The notes under the pieces: model-generated | Database searches by the model: none | What the model was told of the DNA's origin: nothing | The model's input: the letters and a program-made list of their open reading frames with translations, nothing else | NCBI GenBank assembly: GCA_001938485.1 | Contig: MQRK01220534.1 | Coordinates: forward strand, 1-61,414 | DNA: 61,414 nt | Reading direction: 5' to 3' | From: Girardia tigrina | Taxonomy: Eukaryota | Shown: piece after piece, positions 1-12,981 of the stretch | How the letters are laid out: each line of letters opens with the position of its first letter | How positions within the stretch are numbered: position 1 is the stretch's first letter | Program-made: the position numbers and the translations under genes

Positions 1-2123
1 TCTTATCTTTAAAGACTTTAACTCCCAACACTCGCACCTCTTTATCCATTGAGAGATTTTCTGTTTTTTTGCATTTTAGACTAAATTTCTCGAACAGCAT
101 TCTAATTTCGTCAACTGTGTTAGTAGATTCGTCAACGTAAATGTCATCGATGTACGAGTCGGTGTTTTCACGTGCTCTAGGATCAGAATTTAAAACCCAC
201 TTGACAATTTCAGTCATAATGGTCGGAGCGATATTTAAACCAAAGCCCATCCTGGTTAGAGCGTACTTTTTTTCCATTAATGACACATGATTGATAACGC
301 CACATTTCCTTGTGAACGCGAATCTGCATATACGCCTCTGATAAATCATGCATGGAAAATCTTGATCGTTTTCACCGCCAGGTACGAAGTTTTCCGAAAC
401 ATATATCTGCTGAGCCACTGTACATACATAATTGTCTACATAATTGTTCAATTTCCTAAAATCAAAGATCGGTCTTATCTTGGATTTGTTAACTTGCAAT
501 ATTCCAAATATTGGTATAGATCCTATCGATTTACCCATTTCCTTCTCGTCATAATCGATTAAATAACCCTTCTTCATCCACTCCTCAAGGATTTTCATTG
601 TGGCTATGTCTTTCGATTTGTCATTCTTAAAGGTCGAATGTCGAATTGGTAGTTAAATCGGCGTTTCAACTTTCCACTTCCATTTAACCGTCCAATTATC
701 CTTAAATTCAATCTCATAATTGTGTTTGTTCAGGCTAACACTTGGCACAACACCCGTGAAACAACTCATATTGTCACCAGCCTTCTTTAGTCCTTCTCCT
801 ACACACACACCAAATTCGGTAACACCATTATTAATTTTCACATCCCCAAGTTCACTTATAACATCCATATCAATTAAAATTCCCAAATCATAGGGTAAGT
901 ATTTCATGACAGAACATTCTACTTTCATAGTTCTATTGTCTATAGTCAATTCCACATCACTAATCGCCACACATATATCATCGCCATTAGCCAAAACATT
1001 TGACTGTAACGAGTTTCCCTTGATCAACCCTTTCAAAACAACAGTTTTTGAGCAACCCGAATCTATCAACGTTGTAACCGACTTGTTGTTAACAATGACA
1101 GTCATGGTTGGTAGCGCCGGAAATGTCAGAGGGAGAGAGCCGGCGCCTACAAACTCCCCTGTCCGTTTCCCGACTTGCAATATTTTGCTATATGTCCAAC
1201 TTGCTTACATTTATAGCAAATTATTTGTCCATTAGATTGCCGCTGAGAATTTTCATTACGGTTTACCCTTGTTTGTACCAGATTTCCGTCATGTGGCATA
1301 TGGGGTTTTGTAAAGGAACTCATTCTACCGCCGCTGACCTCACCTCGTTCTTGAGAAACGATCTTTCCATCACCAACGTTTTGTACCGCTGACATTGAAC
1401 TTTGTGTGACGCATTTTTAAATTCCTAAATACCTGCGACTATATTCAACCATTTCGGTTAAATCTTGATCGCCGGCCTGCTCTAAATTCAATTGCAACTC
1501 GAACGACATATCCAGTCATAAAGACCGCCTTGGTCAGATCGTCGATTTTTGATGCCAACATCTTTATTTGAGAAACGTAATAGTCAATAGTTTGTCCTTC
1601 GTAATATTTCAAATTATTCAGTTGGCTGTACGTAGATCGTCTGGTTAATCCGAATGAATTGTCCAAGATTTGCAGTACTTCTTCACCGTTGTTCTGTTTT
1701 TTTCATCCAATTCCATGTATATATTTAACATCAGTCAACAAAAAAGGAAGATATGGGGCCGGATCGAAAATCCCCTGGATTTTCATAATCATCTTGAACT
1801 TTTTCTTCCAAATTTCAAAACTGCCGTTTCCATTAAATTTCTTCAAATGATCGAGTATAATTTTTAAATCGCTTATCATTAGACGGAGAGCTTGTAACAA
1901 CGAATAACAAATCTATAAAATTTATTTTTCACTAACAAATACTTTTTAAATAGATATTATTTAAACAAATAATTAACTATATTTTTTCATGTTAAATATT
2001 TCATTTAAGAAATAAATTTAAATGTAACAATCAATTTCATAATTGAATTAAAATTTTTTAATAAAATTGCCGAGTTCGTGAATTCGGCAAAATAGTTACC
2101 GAATACACAAATTCGGCATAACA
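1..2123 (-). mobile_element. Degenerate LTR retrotransposon, lineage A (5' LTR-gag-zinc knuckle-protease-RT), runs off the left edge
   Basis: Frameshifted ORFs: gag (1703-1900, 1445-1666), CCHC knuckle CYKCKQVGHIAKYC (1147-1395), aspartic protease LIDSGC (653-1180), RT motifs LTRMGFGLNIAP (~225-262) and SYIDDIYVD (~131-157). Candidate 5' LTR 1893-2123 reads TGTTA...TTACA on the minus strand and abuts (TA)n. Confidence 0.9.
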
Positions 2124-2147
2124 TATATATATATATATATACATATA

Positions 2148-2318
2148 CAGTGTCCAGTAGAAAACCGAAGGATTTTATGAAACCAAAGTGTATTTAATTA
2201 AAAATGTGATAAAGACAAACAAATTAACATTTACAACTAATCAGAGGCAGTCAATTACACTTTTATCGCGTTCTTAATTAAATAAATAAAATCCTTCGGT
2301 TTTCTACTCGACACCCTG
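2148..2318. mobile_element. Tc1/mariner-type MITE
   Basis: TIRs CAG(-)TGTCCAGTAGAAAACCGAAGGATTTTAT / ATAAAATCCTTCGGTTTTCTACTCGACACCCTG, with TA on both sides. Confidence 0.85.
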
Positions 2319-2593
2319 TAGTTTCGACTATAATACAGTTGTCTTACTATTATTGTCAAGTTTGTTGATTCTTTTAATCAATTTCAAAATACTTTAAACT
2401 GATTGATTCAATATTTTTTGCAATATGTTCTGTTAAAGATCACATTAGACAATTCCAACATAATAAGGTTTTTTCACATTAAACATAGCTGTGGAAATTA
2501 GACAAAATTGTAAATACTTCCTTCACCGTCATGTACCCTGCTTCTCTCACAGTCCAAATTTATTTGAGCCTATTTATTTATCACGATAATATA

Positions 2594-3905
2594 CAGGGTG
2601 TCCCAAAAATATGTATACACATTAAAAATTTAATTTTATTGATTAAAAAAGTAAAAATAAGTACGAGTAATATTTAATTATATTGGTCACAGTTTGTTCT
2701 CAAACTGACGTCCATCTTGATCCAGACACTTCTGACAACGCGAAGCAATGGAATCGCACACATCAACAAACATTTCCCTTGGTATTTTGCTGCATTNNNN
2801 NNNNNNNNNNNNNNNNNNNNNNNNNNNNNNNNNNNNNNNNNNNNNNNNNNNNNNNNNNNNNNNNNNNNNNNNNNNNNNNNNNNNNNNNNNNNNNNNNNNN
2901 NNNNNNNNNNNNNNNNNNNNNNNNNNNNNNNNNNNNNNNNNNNNNNNNNNNNNNNNNNNNNNNNNNNNNNNNNNNNNNNNNNNNNNNNNNNNNNNNNNNN
3001 NNNNNNNNNNNNNNNNNNNNNNNNNNNNNNNNNNNNNNNNNNNNNNNNNNNNNNNNNNNNNNNNNNNNNNNNNNNNNNNNNNNNNNNNNNNNNNNNNNNN
3101 NNNNNNNNNNNNNNNNNNNNNNNNNNNNNNNNNNNNNNNNNNNNNNNNNNNNNNNNNNNNNNNNNNNNNNNNNNNNNNNNNNNNNNNNNNNNNNNNNNNN
3201 NNNNNNNNNNNNNNNNNNNNNNNNNNNNNNNNNNNNNNNNNNNNNNNNNNNNNNNNNNNNNNNNNNNNNNNNNNNNNNNNNNNNNNNNNNNNNNNNNNNN
3301 NNNNNNNNNNNNNNNNNNNNNNNNNNNNNNNNNNNNNNNNNNNNNNNNNNNNNNNNNNNNNNNNNNNNNNNNNNNNNNNNNNNNNNNNNNNNNNNNNNNN
3401 NNNNNNNNNNNNNNNNNNNNNNNNNNNNNNNNNNNNNNNNNNNNNNNNNNNNNNNNNNNNNNNNNNNNNNNNNNNNNNNNNNNNNNNNNNNNNNNNNNNN
3501 NNNNNNNNNNNNNNNNNNNNNNNNNNNNNNNNNNNNNNNNNNNNNNNNNNNNNNNNNNNNNNNNNNNNNNNNNNNNNNNNNNNNNNNNNNNNNNNNNNNN
3601 NNNNNNNNNNNNNNNNNNNNNNNNNNNNNNNNNNNNNNNNNNNNNNNNNNNNNNNNNNNNNNNNNNNNNNNNNNNNNNNNNNNNNNNNNNNNNNNNNNNN
3701 NNNNNNNNNNNNNNNNNNNNNNNNNNNNNNNNNNNNTCTTTCTTCGAAGTTAAGCCTGCATGCCATTCCTATGATAGGGACTGAATCTACAAAAAACCTA
3801 TTTATGTTAAAAAAACTATTTATATTAAATATAATGAAAGTTAAACATAAATAAATTCAATAAAATTAAATTTTTAATGTGTATACATATTTTTGGGACA
3901 CCCTG
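2594..3905 (-). mobile_element. Tc1/mariner-superfamily transposon, apparently full length; interior hidden by an N gap
   Basis: ~49-bp perfect TIRs (CAGGGTGTCCCAAAAATATG...), TA TSD. Transposase-like N-terminus MACRLNFEER and C-terminus IPREMFVDVCDSIASRCQKCLDQDGRQFENKL flank the gap (ORF 2687-3766). Confidence 0.9.
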
Positions 3906-4807
3906 TATTTATTGCCCTCGATTATTCTCATTTTCCTTGTCCAGTTCCTGCAAGGAAGCTTTTCGATTAGGGGCCACCTCCTGTTGGGTGGGTTTCGGAA
4001 AGGAGAATTGTCGACTGATGTTTTTTTTATTTATATAAAATAATTATCATATGATTATATCTATTACTCATTATTTATATACTATTCATTATATTATTTA
4101 CCAAATTGATTTATACAATAGCATATAGTAATATCGATTATTCGTTATTTCTCCAATAATTTTTTTTAATAATTTTATGATTTAAGATTAAGCATTTTAT
4201 AATTTGTTTTACGATTTACGAGTTTTTGAAAATACTTCTTCGATTTTCTGATTTTAAATGTCTTTTTTGAATTTGTCTGATCAATTGTCAGATAATGATG
4301 GCGAGGTAGACGGATGATGGTGATATCAAGAGATAAGAAAATGGACGCCGCATAAATATGACTTTGGTACCACAGATTAGTCTCTACGTCAACCTCCAGA
4401 TTACATGAACACGTTAAGATATTCTAAAATTTAAAATTGCAAAGTTGTAAAGTAAATAATGAATTTTACATATTTATTTATAAAGGTTTTGTGCGAAAGG
4501 AAATATGTTCCTCGAAAATTTGTTTAATAAACATGTTTTGTATTGAAATAAATTTTTGCTTATTATTAACAACATCACAATTTGAATGCAAACATTTATT
4601 GACAACACAAACAGATTCTTCACAACAATTTTCAGTGGTCATCTTTCTTTGATTGATAGAGTTTTTGATTACATCTTCAAATATGAAAAAATCAAGGAAT
4701 GGGAAATTTTAATATTACATTTTAATTTCTCATAATTTTTATTGGATAAAAGTCATTACATAATTTTTTGAATAAACATTAATTTTTAAAATAAATTAAA
4801 TTTAAAA

Positions 4808-5013
4808 AGTTAAAATCGTTTACTGAAAATATTATTAAAATTCATAATTATCAAACTTTAATTAATTAGTACTTAAAATTAATCTCATTAAATTAATTTC
4901 ATTAGATTCAAATAATCAATCAAATAACATATCAATCCCATCTGAGTAGGAGAGTCACAAATCTAAACAGCATACAAACAACAAACTTACACCATTCCAA
5001 ATTATCCTTCACT
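4808..5013 (-). repeat. Dispersed repeat / LTR-like fragment; inverted copy at 50157-50361
   Basis: Clear similarity between the copies (e.g. AAACAGCATACAAACAACAAACTTACACCATTC). The end resembles the ...CCTCACA terminus of the solo-LTR family. Confidence 0.7.
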
Positions 5014-5808
5014 TATGAAAGGTCTCAGTTTGACATTTCGTGTTGAGAAGTTGTAATATTTTCTTTCATTAACTTTTTTATAATCTTTTTGAGTCGAGGA
5101 ATTTGAGTTTTCAAGTTATTGATTATTTTTCGGGTTGAATGCTTTTTTGTCCACATTGATGATTTTTAAATCCAATAGATTAAGGGCAGCTACTGAAATG
5201 CCAAAAAATGTTTACATCATTTGGGCAAATAAACTTTCTTTTTTAATACGTAATATTAATTAAAATTTTACCTTATTGATTTAACGAAATTCTTGCTAAA
5301 GGCCAAAAAACAATAATTCTTTATTCTCTGTTTCATCCCATTGAATACATTGAATATTCTGTACATAAAACAGTGATGCACTATAATCTTCCTAATGAAT
5401 GCTGGAATTTCTTTCAAAGCCAGTTATAGAATTTTGTAAAGGCATTTTATTAAAACAATGGCTGCGGTGTACCACACTTCGCGAAATATAAAAATTTTTT
5501 GTATAGACACAAACTAATAATTTCAGTTTAAAAACTCTATTAATGTCGAATTTAATTACGGTGATATGGTGTAAAAATATTATTTTCGTTTGTCAAATAT
5601 GTTTATGATTAAGTTTTGTTTAAATGAAACAGTGTAAAAAAAGACGTTTGTTTTGAAAAGTTGATTGGAAAAATGGTAACTCATTAATGTTATAAAGACA
5701 AATAAAATCATCATCGTTTATTTCTTTCATTCGTCTTTTTTTGTTTTAATTATTCCTCATTAAAAATAGAAAAAAAGAAAACTAGTAATTGTCTAGCTTA
5801 ATTAATTA

Positions 5809-6018
5809 ACGTAATTTCCGCACTATAATGCACCGTATTATAAGCCGCGCATTGCCTGCTTTTCCCCCAAAAAAACATTATAAGCTATGAAATTATATAA
5901 AAAAGCGTTATAAACATTATAAAACAAATAAAAACATTATAAAAACGTATAAGCCGCAACTCTTAATTTATGACGCATTTCAGGTTTTTAAGTGCGGCTT
6001 ATAGTCCGGAATTTACGG
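5809..6018. mobile_element. pogo/Tc2-like MITE
   Basis: TIRs ACGTAATTTCCGCACTATAA / TTATAGTCCGGAATTTACGG, TA flanks, internal repeats of TATAAGCCGC. Confidence 0.75.
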
Positions 6019-6766
6019 TAGTTGATTCATTCAATTATCAAATCACAATATCAACAATTCTGAACACAAAAATTCGTTTGAGATCTTTCAATTGAATACC
6101 GAATATACGGAAAGGGCAATAACGATCCGATAGAAAATCACAGAAAAGCCACACCCAGTTCAGACCAAAGGTTGATCGGGACACTTCTGAAACCTTATTT
6201 CTGTTGGGGTATTGAGTTGATTTAAATTTATTTTGATTAAAAAGAATAAAAACAAAGATGAATTCTTTTAAAAATATATAATTTATGCACAGATATTACA
6301 CGGTTCTTTACAATTTAATCAAAACGATAAAATCCTAATGAGTAACACTATGACTTTAGGTAGACCATGGGACAATTAATATTCACACAATCATCAGTAT
6401 TAGAGGTTCTAGGGACATTGTCGGAATTATTACTATGAGATATTTCAGATATCAAAACTTTTAGTATACCACACAAAAAATGTTGAAATCTAATATTTAA
6501 ACAATTTCATTATTTTTTTGAGAAAAATTGTTTTATAAATCTTAAACCGGTATAAATATTCATTTTTGATTTTATTTTATTACTTTTATAAATCAATTTT
6601 AAAAATCGATCCACACATAAAAATTATACATTTTAATTTTTATATTATAATAAAAAACTCACAAAAAATCTTTATTATTAGCAATTTAATTGATCTTCTT
6701 AATTTTAGTAATTCTATTTTTTCAAACGTTACACAACCTTCTTTCAAAAAATTTCATGACATTTTT

Positions 6767-7085
6767 AATTCCTAACATTCCCCTTTTTCTTTAAAATTTT
6801 TGAACTTTTCGATATTTCTTACTATTTATTTTTTTCTCTTTATCCTCCAGTTTATAACTCCTCTCATGAATTTTGTCTATGATGGTGTATGATCCCTCAT
6901 ATCTGTCATCACCTTTATTTCTTTTCTCTTTTTTTACACACACCTGATATCCGATGCGGAAATTTCGTCGTGTTTTTCCGTCTGGGTACTTGATGTTTTC
7001 GTCTGACGTGTTCATTTTATTGCTATACCACTTCAGCCTATCTATTTTTCTATTTAAAATTACTGCAGCCGGACTTCTTCCAACT
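6767..7085 (-). mobile_element. 3' end of a Gypsy element (integrase C-terminal GPY/F-like tail, PPT, start of 3' LTR)
   Basis: KGDDRYEGSYTIIDKIHERSYKL resembles the GPY/F module; it is followed by the purine tract AAAAAGGGGA and then TGTTAGG (LTR start at 6777). Confidence 0.7.
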
Positions 7086-9411
7086 TTTTCACGCATCCTG
7101 GTGTCAGAGTTCAGAATCCACCTGACGATTTCGGTCATTATAGTTGGTGCAATGTTTAAACCAAAACCCATCCTAGTTAAAGCATATTTCTTGTTATCAA
7201 TGATACAAGATTGGTAACGCCACATGTCCTTATGAACATGAATCTGCATGTACGCCTCTGACAAATCAAGCATTGAAAAAATCGAACCCCTACGACGCCA
7301 ATCACGGAGCTTTTCTAAACATATGTCCGCAGAACCACTATAAACATCCACGTAATTGTTTAATTTTCTAAAGTCAAAAATGGGTCTTATCTTGGACTTA
7401 TTAGCCTGTAATATTCCAAATATTGGTATGGATCCTATCGATTTACCAATTTCTTCCTCATTGTACTCGATTAGATAACCCTTTTCTACCCAACCGTCTA
7501 AAATTTTCAACGTTGCAACATCTTTTAGTTTGTTGTCCTTAAAAACTGACTGACGATTCGGAAGATAACTCGGAGCCTCACTTTTCCAATTCCATTTAAT
7601 CGATCAATTTTCCCTAAACTCAAAATTATGCTTTTTTATACTAACAAGAGGCGCATCCAATGCAGTAAAACTCAAACTACTATATATCCATTTAATTTCC
7701 TCTTCACCGAACTCAATAACACCCTTATTAATTTTCACGCCGCCCAATTTACTTATGACATATTACTTTTACATATTAAGATCATACCATAAACCATACG
7801 GCAAATGTTCCATGACCGAACATTCCACCCTAATGATCCTGCCATTTATATTCAGCCGCACTTCACCCGAACCCACTCTAACACCTATTCCATTCGCCAA
7901 AACCATACTTTCTCCGTCAGAAAACAACATACAATCACTAACTAACCCTTTAAAACAATCGTTTTCGAACAACCCAAATCAATCAACGCTATGGCTGACC
8001 TGTCATTTATGGTGACGATCATCGTCGGCAACGCCGTCAACTGTGAAGGGAGAGAGCCGGCGCCTACAAACTCCCCTGTTCGTTTCCCGACCGACAATAT
8101 TTTGCGATATGACCCGGTTTCTGACATTTTTAGCATATTGTTTGTCTGTTTAATTGCCACTGAGAACCCTTATGATGATTACTTTCCTTCAATTTAGTGT
8201 CTCTCTCATGATGAACATAGGGTCCTTTCTGAAGATTTGCTCTGGGTTTATCGAGTTTGCCCTGACCTCCGGAACTTTCTGTTTCTTTGATGTTGTTTCC
8301 GTGTTGTATTGCAGCCATTGAACCCTGTAATAGACCATTTTTAATCCCCAAATACATGCGGCTATACTCTATCATTTCGGTTATGGGTTGGTCGCCGGCC
8401 CGTTCCAAATCCACCTGCAACTCGAAAGGCAGTCCAGAAATGAAGGCAGCCTTTGTTAGATCATCGACCTTCGTTGCTAACATCTTCACCTGAGATGCAT
8501 ATTCATCGATAGTCTCGCCATCGTGATACTGTAAGTTTATTAATTGACTGTACACAGAACGTCTGGTCAGGCCGATCGAATTGTTTAATATCTTGAAGAA
8601 CCGATCGCAGCTGCTTTGCGTCTTCTCGTCCGATTCCATGTATATGTTCAGTGCAACGCCCGATAGTAAAAAAGGGAGATACGGGGCTGGATCAGTAATC
8701 TTCTGGATTTTCATGATCATTTCAAATTTCTTCTGCCAAATCTCGAAACTGGTGCTTCCATCGAATTTCTCTAAAAACTCCAAAACGATTTTCATATTAT
8801 TCATTATGCCTGGATAGGTTGTAACACGCGAAAAGTTTATTTTCAAAACACTGTTTAATTGATAATATTTAAACAAAATATTTATCAAAAAAGTAAATAT
8901 TAAATATTTCAAATAATTAAAATATCTAATATCCAACATAAATTTAAAAAATTATTATACAAGATTTATTGTTTAAAAGTTAGACATCAAAAGTTTTTAA
9001 TGTTTTTTTTAAAAAAATAATATTTTTAAAAATTTAACTTTAAGTATTTAAGTTATTTAAATTTTGATCAACAAAATGAAAATTGAATTGTCACCTCGCT
9101 GAATTGATACGATACCTTGATAGATGACAGATTATCCTTGAATCTTCTATGTTTGATGATATTATATTCTATAATATTATATTATATAATATTCGGCAAA
9201 TTGATAAGATATTTGTTCGGCAATAGAATACGATTCGACGATTAGATGACTGAGTCTCGATTCGATAATACTACGCTCAGCTATGTTGACAAATAATAGC
9301 GCGGTCCAAACAACACCACAAATGATATGATCAAAATTCAGTCAAGAACAGACAACTTCAAATTATAAAATTTTTATTCATCGATAATGTTAATCGATAC
9401 ATTTTTTATAT

Positions 9412-9416
<5 letters not shown>
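7086..9416 (-). mobile_element. Second lineage-A LTR retrotransposon (5' LTR-gag-protease-partial RT)
   Basis: gag ORF 8130-8939 is homologous to 1445-1900; degenerate protease LIDLGC; RT with LDLSEAYMQI and LTRMGFGLNIAP. LTR 3' end TGTTACA at 8820; the upstream end abuts (TA)n at ~9417. Confidence 0.88.

Positions 9417-9456
<40 letters not shown>
9417..9456. repeat. (TA)n microsatellite
   Basis: Directly visible. Further (TA)n tracts at ~2123-2140, 12961-12981 (after a CA tract), 15856-15892, 29787-29814, 43106-43220 and 44721-44847; (GATA)n at ~59701-59736. Confidence 0.95.
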
Positions 9457-9459
<3 letters not shown>

Positions 9460-10439
9460 TATGTTGACCATAATCATATATGACTGTAAATCTTTTGGGA
9501 ATATTTATAATTTAAATATTTTAAGTTTAATTTAAAAATAAATAAAATTTAAATATTTTCAACTTGTATCATTTATTGTAATAGACCTAATAATGCAATA
9601 ACTAATTTTATTTTTTGATGCAAATTATGCAATAATTTAGAGTATTGTTTCTTACAAAAAATATTAAACACATTTTCTAAAAATTAAATTTGAAAAGAAT
9701 CATTTAAAAATAAAAAGATAAATGGAAAATTGAATGTTAATAATTGAGTGGAGATAAACAGTTGCTAAAAATGGAGAATGTTTAACTGGAGACGGCATCC
9801 AATTTGTCGCATCTCGACACACACACACACTGCTGTCTACATTTGGTATGAGTCACCGGTTATTCATTGTACGGATACGGAGAAAGTTTAATCGACATCC
9901 TGCTGTGTGTGCATGTTTGCTCGGCATTGTTGTTGTTTGTCATTCCGATTGCCAATTTAAAGTACTTTTGGGTTAACAGAAATTGTCGTTGTGTCTCCTC
10001 CAATGAACTGCGTCGATGCCCCTCGTGAATCTATACGTTCATTCACGCACACTAGTACTACTGCAGCCAATCAATAGGTCTTTTGAATTGCTGAGGGTGG
10101 CACGATCGGGTCTTTGTTCTCCTTTGATATTGCCATATATGTATGAGTATTATGCTCTATCCAGGGAACGAATATGATACTGGTTAATGGTGTCAGAATT
10201 CATTGTTATTGCTATTATCTGAATATGTAATTGTTATATGTTACGAACATATCTATATTTAAAATAACTTTTATGAATATTAACTGTGATTTTGATTGAC
10301 AACTTAATCTGTTTTAAGAGTCTGTTGTCGAGTGAATGTTATCTTTTGTGTAGTTAAGTTATTTCATTTATTGGTAAAATACAATTTAAATAATGTCTTT
10401 TAAAAATATTAATAACTTAATTAATTTTTACGTTAATAT

Positions 10440-10640
10440 GTCAAAATAATGGCAGCTTAGTCAATAAAATGAAATAATCATTAAATTTTTATTTGAAAAT
10501 ATGTTTTGCCACTTTTGTGGCATCATCAGTTCTGTACTTAAGTAAAATGTAATTATTGACGTAGTAAAATGGTTATTAAGTCGCATTGTGTTGTATCAAA
10601 ATGCTTTATTATGATTGGACAAATCACTTTTTACGTGTAC
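10440..10640 (-). mobile_element. 5'-truncated Penelope-like element 3' end with hammerhead-like motif
   Basis: Homologous to the tail at 26283-26480. Encodes HVKSDLSNHNKAF* (cf. NVQSDSSNDIRVF*). CTGATGA-T-GCCAC-AAAA-GTGGC-AAAAC lies within 10491-10535. Confidence 0.8.
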
Positions 10641-10691
10641 TACATGAAGAATAAACGGCGCCTCAAGCGCGTCACTACGCGCACTCTGTCA

Positions 10692-10812
10692 CGATTTTAC
10701 CCTAAATAGAATACAAAACAAGTAATAAGTGATCTGTTAATGATAGTGAAACCATTGGAACTTATCATCCTATATTATAAGACTGGTTTTGTATTATTTT
10801 TAAGGTAAAATG
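10692..10812. mobile_element. Small foldback / MITE-like element
   Basis: Imperfect inverted repeat ATTTTACCCTAAATAGAATACAAAAC / GTTTTGTATTATTTTTAAGGTAAAAT. Confidence 0.45.
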
Positions 10813-11609
10813 ATGATGATATAATCTAATACACAATCAGTTTATTGAGAACTTTTTAATCAGCATGATCGTATTAACTGGTATTGTGCTATGCTATTAC
10901 AATTGTTAACCGTTTATGTTAACTTATCACAATTTATTCCTGAATTTACACCTGATTCGGGTTAAAAATTCAACATAAACATTTTGATTCCAAATTATAA
11001 TCGCAAAAGTCAATATAAGTCAATAATAAAATGTATTATATAAAATTGCCAAGTGGCCAAAAGATAAATAAAACATAATAAAAAATAATTACCGTATAAT
11101 AAAGTACAATAAAACAAGTCTATGGTTCCTCATCAGTCATACAACAAATAATACTAAATAACAAAAGAAAAAACTTTATCAGCATTTATCACAACATCGA
11201 AACAATATTTATTTTGTTTGAATCAGATATTCTAATTGTCGAAAACGAAATAAAAATAAATAATTATTCATTAAACACAATGGTCTCTAAAATCTATTTA
11301 AAGCTGATTGAAACATACGTATCTTGAATTTCTTAATAAGAGTTATACCTATCCATTTGTAATAATAAAAAAGTACAGATCTATCTAAGGTCAGACTCTA
11401 CATATAACAGATATTATCAATGAAGGCACTAGCCCCAATCCAATGGACAATATTTGTACACCTTTAGATGAAATTCTTAAATATGAGGGAAATCTTTATT
11501 GCATATATAGACGCAGTAACTAAATGATATGAGAAAACAAGTTGCATGCACGTAAAAGATGTTCGATGTATTCAATTATGACACTAAAATGTAAAATTCG
11601 GAATTCTGT

Positions 11610-12372
11610 TCACGGAAAATGTTGGTATGTGCGACTGGAATATTTTATCGGAGATAATGGCGGTTCGATTGAGCTTGTTTGGTGACCTGAGAAATTGGAG
11701 AGGCCAAATTTCTGTTGAACTCCAGCAGTTTTTAATGAGTATAGCCTGCTATACTGGGACAAGAGCGGACTATTGTTTATTCGACTGAGATGGAGTTTGT
11801 CAAATTTTATTTTGGGATGTTCCATTTTATTTGTCATGAGAGTATTTGTGGGCTTCTTCTGAAGAACAGAATGTTTTGTACAAGGTTTAGTATTTGTGAC
11901 TGGTAAACATAGAGAATGAACATTACAACTGGGCCACGAATGGACGTGTCTGAGAGGAAAGGATTTTAGAATGTTATTTGATTCCAAAAATTTTGTTTGT
12001 CTGATAGTTGTATTGGAATGATAGGGTTTTCTACTTTTATCTGTTGAAAGAAATTTTCTTCTTAAAAGACATGATAAAGGACGGAGAGTTTCTGTGCTGC
12101 TGTCGGATAGTGGGCTACTATCATAATTGTTTGGAAACTCTTGTTTCAATTCTAACTCAATTGGTGGAAATTTTGGTAAAATTGGTTTGGTTCTTTTCTT
12201 CTTAACATTGTATATTTGAGAACCATGTGTTTGCAGATCATTGAAAGAAGAATAAGAACTGTCATTGAAGTCTTCACTGGTTTGAGTAATATCTGATGTA
12301 CGACTGACTGTGGAAATTTGTGACATCCTTTTTGATTGATTAATCCTTAAATTAATGTTCATCAAAATATTT
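11610..12372 (-). CDS. Ser/Thr-rich, probably disordered protein; terminal exon or single-exon gene
   Basis: 251-codon uninterrupted ORF in AT-rich DNA with no TE motifs. ATG at 12362; possible acceptor (ttttaaAG) at 12373-12374. Confidence 0.65.
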
Positions 12373-12758
12373 CTTTAAAAGAACAAAAACCAGCACCATT
12401 TTCGGTACTGGAAAAATAGATGACTATAAACTAGAATTTAGTTAATCAAGTAGTTTAACATGGATTGTTGATTCTCCAATTATTGTTCTTGCTAGAAAAT
12501 GTTGCTTACATTTGTCAATTTTTTACCGGACAAGTTTATAAATTCATGTTAGTGTGGGTTTGGTTAATAATAATTTTGTTTAGTATAAGTCATTAAAATA
12601 CTAACTAGTAAATCAAAAATTAAAATTTTTATATCCCTTCTTTATGCAGACAGAACTCTACTTTAAAAACTTAAGATTTAAAAATTTATAATTTAAAACA
12701 ATAAAAATCAATATAAACTACTTATAATTTATAAATAGATATCTTGCAATTAATATTG

Positions 12759-12929
12759 TCCAAGAACTCCGAATTTTCCGTTTTTTTCCCATTTTGAGAT
12801 CTTAAAAAGTTTTTTTCGATCAAATTTTCCCATAATCATTTATTGTCATCGAAAATGAGTAAGTGTGCAAAGTTTGAAGAAAATCGATTGAATAGAAGGC
12901 CTTCAAAAAGAGGTTTCTAAATTCCATGG

Positions 12930-12981
<52 letters not shown>
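12759..12981 (+). repeat. Possible non-autonomous Helitron/Helentron-like repeat ending in (CA)n(TA)n
   Basis: GTGTGCAAAGTTTGAAGAAAATCG motif followed by a microsatellite, an arrangement seen in such repeats. Termini not defined. Confidence 0.3.

Noticed and set aside
2683-3854. Long plus-strand ORFs of 355-368 aa in the ORF track
   Set aside because: Artefacts of translating through the N run; only the minus-strand frame has transposase-like ends.
6140-6175. ACACCCAGTTCAGACCA, resembling RNase P RNA conserved region V
   Set aside because: No matching CR-I (GGAAGGTCTGA-like) partner upstream and no closing P1 helix.
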